Shown here: positions 1-6,116 of the stretch, piece after piece
How the letters are laid out: each line of letters starts with the position of its first letter
Numbering within the stretch: the stretch's first letter is position 1
Virus genome (UHGV): UHGV-0122175
From: a virus
Strand: one strand, 5' to 3'
DNA length: 35,613 nucleotides
Notes under the pieces: model-generated
Database searches by the model: none
What the model was told of the DNA's origin: nothing
What the model saw: the letters and a program-made list of their open reading frames with translations, nothing else
Position numbers and translations under genes: made by a program

Positions 1-49
1 TTTCAACGAATAAGCCAAAACAGGGGGAACAAATTAACACAAATTATAA

Positions 50-1042
50 CTAATCGATGGACAGTTTATGGACACTTTCAGCCAGCGGATTAAAGTTGAT
101 CGCGTCCTGTAAGAAGTCCGGCGAAAAATGAGCGTACGTCATTGTTTGCTGAATCGTTGCGTGCCCCAGGATTCGTTGCAACGTAACAATATTTCCGCCA
201 TTCATCATAAAGTGTGTGGCAAATGTATGACGCATGACATGCGTAGCCTGCCCCTTCGGCAAATCCGGTTTCACCTCCTGAAGAATCTCCCGGAACTTCA
301 GATAATCAACCTGATACAATAACCCCGTTCGACGGGTTTTAATCAGAGGCACGACCGAATCCGCCACAGGAACCGAACGGGATTTTCCGTTTTTGGTGTT
401 AAAGAACGTCACCCGGTTGCCAACGATATGCTCTCCACGTAGTTCCGATGCTTCACTCCATCGGGCACCAGTAGAAAGACACAGAATGGCAACACGACGC
501 GCATCACCCTCCAGTCGCTCAAGAAGCCGTTCAATCTCATCATCAGAAAGAAAGGCCATCTCTGTGTTCTGAACTTTCAGTTTTCGTATACCGCGTACAG
601 GGTTCGCGTTGTGAAAGACCTCAGCTTCAATCAGCACCGTGAACATGGTAGACAGTACGCATAAGTCACGATTAATACTGGACGGCATTAATCCGGCCTG
701 TAATTTCTCTGACCGATATTCAAGCATAAATTTTCGCGTCATCTGACTGGCGCGAGGATCTCCCATTTCACGAACAACCTTCCCTAGCCTAACCCTGTAG
801 CTATCCCCGTAAGCCTGATTACGCCCATCAAGCATCCACCACGCATCAAGCAGCTCTGATAATCGCCGCTGATCAGCTGGCTTAGCCTGCCATGGCTTGT
901 CATGAAAGTTCTGTAACACATACTTCTCAAACTCCTGAGCCTTTGATTTCAGGGCAAAGATTTTTCGAATCCGCTTTCCTTCCGCCCCCTGCGGTCTGAC
1001 ATCGACCTGATAACGTCCGTCTTTGAGTTGCTTAATCGACAT
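50..1042 (-). CDS. int: Phage integrase, tyrosine recombinase (P2 Int-like)
   Basis: 330-aa ORF at the left edge, immediately downstream of the repressor gene on the same strand as in P2 (C then int). C-terminal region (HVMRHTFATHFMMNGGNIVTLQRILGHATIQQTMTYAHF) fits the tyrosine-recombinase catalytic domain. Confidence 0.9.
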   Translation of the reverse strand: MSIKQLKDGRYQVDVRPQGAEGKRIRKIFALKSKAQEFEKYVLQNFHDKPWQAKPADQRRLSELLDAWWMLDGRNQAYGDSYRVRLGKVVREMGDPRASQMTRKFMLEYRSEKLQAGLMPSSINRDLCVLSTMFTVLIEAEVFHNANPVRGIRKLKVQNTEMAFLSDDEIERLLERLEGDARRVAILCLSTGARWSEASELRGEHIVGNRVTFFNTKNGKSRSVPVADSVVPLIKTRRTGLLYQVDYLKFREILQEVKPDLPKGQATHVMRHTFATHFMMNGGNIVTLQRILGHATIQQTMTYAHFSPDFLQDAINFNPLAESVHKLSID

Positions 1043-1111
1043 GATTAGCCCCTCTAACGGATAAATTAACTAAACACTCCTTGCGATATGTAATTCGCTC
1101 AATGTGTAGAG

Positions 1112-1453
1112 TCAGCCAACATTGCGGCCTGATCGGGGTGATTTTTGGGTAATACCGATTGAAACCTGATCGCCCTCCGACTGAATAGAGCCATCAAGAG
1201 AGAGAGCCGGAGCAACCTGCCCGGCAGCGGGAAATGTTTTGTCGTGAAGTATCCACATAGTGTATTTTTCGAATCGCTCGACTTGGATTACTTTTTCTAC
1301 AACCTCAATGCGCGCAGGTTTATATCCAGACTCATAATTTCCTATAGTCCCTACAGAAACCCCCGTTACTTGCGAAAACTGAGATTGTGTAAGTTTTTCC
1401 GCATTTCTGATCGCCTTTAGTTTTTTGGCGTAATCTCTTGACATGTTCACCAT
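1112..1453 (-). CDS. C: Immunity repressor, P2 C-type (HTH)
   Basis: 113-aa ORF with a helix-turn-helix (LTQSQFSQVTGVSVGTIGNYESG). The tail (FEKYTMWILHDK...GQVAPAL) resembles P2 C as I recall it. It is divergent from the Cox-like gene. The true start may be the internal Met at codon 4. Confidence 0.75.
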   Translation of the reverse strand: MVNMSRDYAKKLKAIRNAEKLTQSQFSQVTGVSVGTIGNYESGYKPARIEVVEKVIQVERFEKYTMWILHDKTFPAAGQVAPALSLDGSIQSEGDQVSIGITQKSPRSGRNVG

Positions 1454-1556
1454 ACGATGAGTATCCTCTTTTTACTCTTCACCACAGGGTGAAGAAAACA
1501 AACCAAAACAAACCATCACAAGGCGCAACAAGCGCACCAACGCAAGAGGATAACAA
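1454..1556. promoter_or_regulatory. Divergent early/immunity switch region (Pe/Pc-like) with operator-like repeats
   Basis: 103-bp gap between divergent C and cox-like genes. Contains an inverted repeat CTTCACC-acag-GGTGAAG (1477..1494) and a tandem direct repeat AAAACAAACC x2 (1495..1514). An AGAGGA ribosome-binding site precedes the ATG at 1557. Confidence 0.45.
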
Positions 1557-1862
1557 ATGCGGGACTTCATTGCCGATAAAGAGTTATCTGACCACCAACC
1601 ACTTCAGGAAAGTGACGCACTCAGCGGATCCATTGATGCCGCCAACGACGACGAACACGAAGAAAACAAGAAAAAGCGTTCCTACAAAAAAGGAGCGACT
1701 TTACGGCTGGATGGTCCGATCGCCGGGCTTTGCTCTCTGGAAAAAGGCGCGGCATATATTGGGCTAACAAAATCTGCACTGCGCGTAGCCATTCATCGCG
1801 GTCAAATGCCGGGACACAAGACGCGCACAAACCCGGAAGATGAAAACTCAGACGGAGTATAG
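1557..1862 (+). CDS. Cox/excisionase-like HTH protein ending at an in-frame amber codon
   Basis: ATG with good Shine-Dalgarno sequence. Acidic N-terminal region, then an HTH (GAAYIGLTKSALRVAIHRGQMPG) resembling the Cox/Apl family. The frame stops at TAG 1860..1862 but stays open in the same frame to 2078 (WFNAKEWDKLADELPEHEPPEWHNW...). Confidence 0.5.
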   Translation: MRDFIADKELSDHQPLQESDALSGSIDAANDDEHEENKKKRSYKKGATLRLDGPIAGLCSLEKGAAYIGLTKSALRVAIHRGQMPGHKTRTNPEDENSDGV

Positions 1863-2082
1863 TGGTTTAACGCCAAAGAGTGGGACAAGTTGGCTGATGA
1901 GCTACCAGAGCACGAGCCCCCAGAATGGCACAACTGGAAAAGTTACTGGACGTATGACCGCCAGAAAAGGAAGTTCTCTCCAGCTAATAAAGAAGACTGC
2001 CAGACCATTAACGGTAAGCGAGTTTATACAGGCAGAAGCTCAAAACTGAACCAACTCAGAAACAACAGAGGCAACTAATCGT

Positions 2083-2505
2083 ATGAAAACAAACACGTCA
2101 GATTTCACAATAACTATTTCAAAAAATGACCAAGCATTAATTGATAACCTGAAATACCTTGCGGAAAAACATAATAACGGACGAATTGCAATTAATTTAC
2201 GACACATCACAGGAGTAACAATTGTAACCAGTTACTGGCATCTATATCTAATCGCTAAATCAGTACTGGAAAACAAAGATTCTGTTGTCAATGGAAGAGA
2301 TGTAGATACTCTTCCTGCACAAATCAAACCGATAGCCTATCAATTGCGTAATCGTTTTAAAAATGAAGGTGGGATTATATTTGACTTTCCCGCAGCTGTA
2401 GCCGTGAGCTTCTCTCGGGAGGATATACTTCACTCATTTCGTTTTGCTCTATCAGGTGACGAGACATTATGGCAGCTAGAAGATGCCGGGAGCAGCCCGG
2501 CATAA
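2083..2505 (+). CDS. Hypothetical protein (AT-rich accessory gene)
   Basis: 140-aa ORF in a markedly AT-rich stretch, unlike the phage backbone. A long ORF in AT-rich DNA is unlikely by chance. No family recognised. Confidence 0.55.
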   Translation: MKTNTSDFTITISKNDQALIDNLKYLAEKHNNGRIAINLRHITGVTIVTSYWHLYLIAKSVLENKDSVVNGRDVDTLPAQIKPIAYQLRNRFKNEGGIIFDFPAAVAVSFSREDILHSFRFALSGDETLWQLEDAGSSPA

Positions 2506-2511
2506 ATCAAA

Positions 2512-2703
2512 TTAAAAATCAACCAGTTGTGTGACAGGTGGGTATTTACGCTGAATTTTGTCAGTTACTAACGCCAGTAATATATGAATCTCTGCGTTTA
2601 ATGCGTCTTTATCACCCGTCGTTTTTACCCTAGGAGGGTTAATGTTATCCAGAGCAGCACTAAGGTCACTCAACAAATTAACAACTTTTTTATCTTCTGA
2701 CAT
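2512..2703 (-). CDS. Hypothetical small protein, convergent with the preceding ORF
   Basis: 63-aa ORF, AT-rich. Its stop lies 6 bp from the stop of the 2083..2505 ORF, so the two transcripts would overlap tail to tail. Confidence 0.4.
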   Translation of the reverse strand: MSEDKKVVNLLSDLSAALDNINPPRVKTTGDKDALNAEIHILLALVTDKIQRKYPPVTQLVDF

Positions 2704-2838
2704 GAAAACCTCTAAACAATTTAATTAAACATAAGCCAGGACCTGAACCGGCCAGTCCAAGTCCTAGACACACAAAAAATACCACAAATCAATACAAGGT
2801 GACACGAGTACACCTTACCGAAGGTACAGAGTTTTAAT

Positions 2839-3189
2839 ATGAAACTACAGCGCAATTCTTCACAGCAGCGCTTCCGCAACGGTGCGGAACGCCATGCTAA
2901 CCGTTTCGCTACCAGTGCATCACGTAGCAACTCTCGCTACAGCCTGAGCGAAACACACGCAACGCCGGATGGCTACCCCGTAAAACAAATCGGCGAGCAT
3001 ACCTGGCTGATTGAGAAAGCCGGAATCGTGGTCCACAAATGCCCGCGAAATCCGTTTACCGAAAACCGCATTTTTGCGCTGAGCAGCGGAGACAATCAGT
3101 TCGGACAGGATTTCACATTGTACGAAGCACTACGCACGGTTGATCGCCTGCTGCGTGGACAGAGTTTTATTAAACAGGCTGATTTATAA
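2839..3189 (+). CDS. Hypothetical early-region protein
   Basis: 116-aa ORF, first gene of a co-directional early cluster. No family recognised. Confidence 0.55.
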   Translation: MKLQRNSSQQRFRNGAERHANRFATSASRSNSRYSLSETHATPDGYPVKQIGEHTWLIEKAGIVVHKCPRNPFTENRIFALSSGDNQFGQDFTLYEALRTVDRLLRGQSFIKQADL

Positions 3190-3199
3190 CAGGTGCTTT

Positions 3200-3487
3200 A
3201 TGACTAAAGAACATACTCAGGGTGTATTTATCCGCTTTATTGATTTTCGCGGTGAACTGTTATTACGCGCATCCGCTATTGATGGAGTGGCTCCGGCGGG
3301 GAGAAACGGAACCGCTGAAGCCACTTACGTTTATCTGAACGGCACTCGACTGCTTGTGGAACTTCCGTACCAGAGCGTACGAGAAATCATTAGCGAAGCT
3401 GAAAAGGCACGTCAGGTTAATGGCGATAAACCCTATATCGAAATTATTTGTATGGATTCAGAAGCAGAAATCCAGAAGGCAGATTAA
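3200..3487 (+). CDS. Hypothetical early-region protein
   Basis: ATG at 3200 preceded by AGGTG (MTKEHTQGVFIRF...). Follows the previous stop by 10 bp. Confidence 0.55.
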   Translation: MTKEHTQGVFIRFIDFRGELLLRASAIDGVAPAGRNGTAEATYVYLNGTRLLVELPYQSVREIISEAEKARQVNGDKPYIEIICMDSEAEIQKAD

Positions 3488-3497
3488 AGGGCGTGCG

Positions 3498-3740
3498 ATG
3501 GACAAAGAATATAAAGCTCTCGTCAATAAAGCACTTGAGCGTTTTCATTTTCGCTTAAACACATCAGGGCTTCACGCCGAACACGCAGCCCATGATTCAT
3601 TAGCAAGGGCAATCAGAAGCCTTTATGACGTGGCCTTTTACGCTGACGATTTGGATGCAATTAACGAACTTTCCGAACTCGTCTGCGCTGCAGAATGCGG
3701 GGATCGCATTGAACCATATAAACTGGGGAATATCGCATGA
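3498..3740 (+). CDS. Hypothetical early-region protein
   Basis: ATG at 3498 preceded by AAGGG (MDKEYKALVNKALERF...). 80 aa. Confidence 0.55.
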   Translation: MDKEYKALVNKALERFHFRLNTSGLHAEHAAHDSLARAIRSLYDVAFYADDLDAINELSELVCAAECGDRIEPYKLGNIA

Positions 3741-3850
3741 GTATATTTATGTCATGGATTGTTCTGATTATTTCGGTGGCCTGCGCAATCGGGATTATGC
3801 GAATTATTCATTCAGTGAAAAAGATTGAACGCTTTTTCACTGGCGAATAA
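3737..3850 (+). CDS. Small hydrophobic membrane peptide (37 aa)
   Basis: ATGA start/stop overlap with the upstream gene suggests translational coupling. GGGGAA lies 7 nt upstream. Sequence MSIFMSWIVLIISVACAIGIMRIIHSVKKIERFFTGE has one predicted TM helix. It is below the ORF-track size cut-off. Confidence 0.45.
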   Translation: MSIFMSWIVLIISVACAIGIMRIIHSVKKIERFFTGE

Positions 3851-3943
3851 CAGAGCAAATAAAACACCAGATTAAATAAGAAAACGTGAAAACCATCCGA
3901 ATTAGCGGAGGCATTCACACACGTAAATAATGGAGATACAAAA

Positions 3944-4354
3944 ATGAACGCAAAAGAAAAAGGCATTGTAACTGCGCTAAAAAATATATCGAAGACCGCA
4001 AACAAAGCCATTCAAGATGCAACAAATGCAGGAATGATTGGGCCTGCCACCACAGCCATGATGATAGCAAGAGTAACCGCCGAAGCAGCCGAAATTATCG
4101 AAAAACAGGATGCTGAACTAACGGTTCCCAGAACACAACCAGTCACCGGACTGGATTTGTCTAACACCGGACGCCTTATTTACACAATTGGCTCGGAGCC
4201 ACAGCAATACACCATTATCGCCGGATTACAGGATAAATACTTGATCACTCCTCACCCCATAAGGGAATCAGAAATTCTGACAAATCTCCGCCTGATAGAG
4301 CGCTCTCAAGTCGCATTCATTGATGGCGCGCAACGTGCCGTATTTAACGCATAG
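3944..4354 (+). CDS. Hypothetical early-region protein
   Basis: 136-aa ORF with GGAGA ribosome-binding site. Confidence 0.6.
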   Translation: MNAKEKGIVTALKNISKTANKAIQDATNAGMIGPATTAMMIARVTAEAAEIIEKQDAELTVPRTQPVTGLDLSNTGRLIYTIGSEPQQYTIIAGLQDKYLITPHPIRESEILTNLRLIERSQVAFIDGAQRAVFNA

Positions 4355-4377
4355 GGCTATTGGGCAAAGAGAGCGTA

Positions 4378-4581
4378 ATGGCAATTAAGCATTTTCCCGT
4401 CGTTCGCTTTACCTCCAGAGGACGCGAATACGAGGTCGACGAACGCCTGATTACCACTATCGACAAACACCGTTCAGAAAAGGATGCACATCACATCTAT
4501 CTCACTGACGGCACTTACTTCTGCGCCACGAATGTGGTGCGGGTGAACCTTATCCGACAGGCACAGGAGTCACGCAGATGA
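4378..4581 (+). CDS. Hypothetical early-region protein
   Basis: ATG at 4378 (MAIKHFPVVRF...) with AGAGAG upstream. Its stop overlaps the start of the next gene (ATGA). Confidence 0.5.
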   Translation: MAIKHFPVVRFTSRGREYEVDERLITTIDKHRSEKDAHHIYLTDGTYFCATNVVRVNLIRQAQESRR

Positions 4582-4823
4582 CCATTCTGGACTACATCGC
4601 TGCCAATCCGGGTTGTAGCGGTGGAGAAATCGCCGCAGCACTGAATACCCCAACCACAGCCATTAATGCGGAGTTACGCCGACTCTGGCGCGGCGGCTTA
4701 GTCATCAGAGAAGAACGCAAAACAGGCGGTCGGTTCTCTTACCAGGTAAACCCGATGCCGTTCGGGTGTGGCAACCCACTTACTCACATGTTTAACCAGC
4801 TACTGAAGGAAGCCAGAGCATGA
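4578..4823 (+). CDS. Putative winged-helix DNA-binding protein
   Basis: 81 aa, MTILDYIAANPGCSGGEIAAALNTPTTAINAELRRLWRGGLVIRE, a pattern typical of small winged-helix regulators. Translationally coupled to its neighbours. Confidence 0.5.
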   Translation: MTILDYIAANPGCSGGEIAAALNTPTTAINAELRRLWRGGLVIREERKTGGRFSYQVNPMPFGCGNPLTHMFNQLLKEARA

Positions 4824-5119
4824 GCACCATCAACCACCAGGAACTACGCGAACTGGCGACTGACCTGCAACGAATGGCAACGCATCAAAAATTACTGGCG
4901 TTTCGCGCAATGCTCTCGCCGTCTGCTGTGCTGGCACTGCTGGATGAGCTGGAGCACGCCAGAACCATGGCTCCAGCCATTCGCCTGACGCTCCATCATG
5001 AAATCGCTGATTTCTGCGCGACGTTGGAGGCGCCGGGCGAACCGGAAACGCCGGAAGCAATACAGCAAGAGCTGCTGCAACGCATTGACAAGGTTTTTGA
5101 TTTTTTTCTGAACCAGTAA
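4820..5119 (+). CDS. Hypothetical early-region protein
   Basis: 99-aa ORF, start overlaps the upstream stop. Predicted helical. Confidence 0.55.
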   Translation: MSTINHQELRELATDLQRMATHQKLLAFRAMLSPSAVLALLDELEHARTMAPAIRLTLHHEIADFCATLEAPGEPETPEAIQQELLQRIDKVFDFFLNQ

Positions 5120-5140
5120 GAAACCAGAACATGCACACAC

Positions 5141-5441
5141 AAAAAAACCGCTTGCCATGCCGCAATCAGTCAGGTTACATTTCCGCTGCACCTCATAAAA
5201 CGGGTGCCGGGATTCTCAACCCGATACAGAGCAAAGCGCATAACCGCGCAAGCGGTTTTTTTGTGCGTACCGTATTGCCACGTCTTTTTCGCGTCAGAAT
5301 TATGGCGGGGCGTACGGGGCCGACTTCGGTCGGGCCGGATTCTTTGCTCTCCGGTGTTGAGAACCCTGTACGTCTCGCCACCCCGAGATTCTCAACTCTG
5401 GATGGTGAGTTATTTCTATCACCGAGCAAAGAGGCCACACC
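5141..5441. other. Structured non-coding region (candidate ncRNA or regulatory element)
   Basis: About 300 bp without a convincing ORF. It holds a 15-bp long-range inverted repeat (5141..5155 vs 5248..5262), an imperfect 28-nt inverted repeat (5208..5236 vs 5342..5366), a CCGAC-TTCG-GTCGG hairpin and three copies of GATTCTCAAC. Confidence 0.35.
5242..5262 (+). terminator. Candidate intrinsic terminator
   Basis: AACCGC-gcaa-GCGGTT stem followed by a run of seven T. It lies downstream of the 4820..5119 gene. Confidence 0.4.
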
Positions 5442-5672
5442 ATGGCAAACCGCAAACAGCACCGCGCATACGCTGCGCGTCGTCACATCCAGACTGAAAT
5501 CAACCGCAGACTTTTCCGCGCATTCCGCGTCGCGCAAATCATGCACATCAATATGCTGCATGAGCGCAGTCACGCACTATCGAACAGCTATTCCGCCTCT
5601 GTTTTCAGCTATCTGGCGGATGATCTGCGCGAGCTTCAGCAGCTCATCCAGCAGCAAAACAAACTCCATTAA
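5442..5672 (+). CDS. Hypothetical basic protein
   Basis: 76 aa, AAAGAGG ribosome-binding site, Arg-rich N-terminus (MANRKQHRAYAARRHIQTEINRR). Confidence 0.5.
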   Translation: MANRKQHRAYAARRHIQTEINRRLFRAFRVAQIMHINMLHERSHALSNSYSASVFSYLADDLRELQQLIQQQNKLH

Positions 5673-5744
5673 TTACTGTTCCGGGCCTTTCCTGCACCTT
5701 GCGGCGGGAGGCCTTCGCACATCTGTAACAAGAGGATTGCCGCA

Positions 5745-6110
5745 ATGATTCTCGCCAACGACTTTCTTGAATACCTGCTCAACACAGAACGTGATCTTGC
5801 CGCTCGCGTGCGTGATCGTTATGACATGTACCTGAAATCCCTGCCTGTACCGCAGCTCGCTGACGGAAAGATTGTTATTGATGGTCGCTACATGATTGAC
5901 AGCCATGAGGGAAATTACAGGCTTTACCGCATTGAAGGTGGCACCCCGTACGTTATTGGCATTTACCAGCGCCCATCCTCTGCAATCGTCGATGTGATTG
6001 CCGACAGCATCCGCATCACACATCGCCATGCCGACACAGAAGACACCGTGCTGGAAATTCAGCGGCTGGCTACAGTCTGCCGCGACACCCTGAATGGCAT
6101 GACGAAGTAA
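5745..6110 (+). CDS. Hypothetical protein upstream of A
   Basis: 121-aa ORF with AAGAGGA ribosome-binding site, immediately upstream of the replication gene. Confidence 0.6.
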   Translation: MILANDFLEYLLNTERDLAARVRDRYDMYLKSLPVPQLADGKIVIDGRYMIDSHEGNYRLYRIEGGTPYVIGIYQRPSSAIVDVIADSIRITHRHADTEDTVLEIQRLATVCRDTLNGMTK

Positions 6111-6116
6111 ATCACT

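Noticed and set aside
1890-2078. Independent TTG-initiated 62-aa ORF downstream of cox
   Set aside because: It is in the same frame as the Cox-like gene directly after its TAG and continues the Cox-like Trp-rich pattern. A single interrupted gene is more parsimonious than a new TTG-initiated gene with a weak ribosome-binding site. The alternative is kept in the findings.
5260-5440. Possible tRNA in the structured non-coding region
   Set aside because: I could not fold a cloverleaf with acceptor stem, anticodon arm and T-loop. The hairpins fit terminator or sRNA-like structures better.
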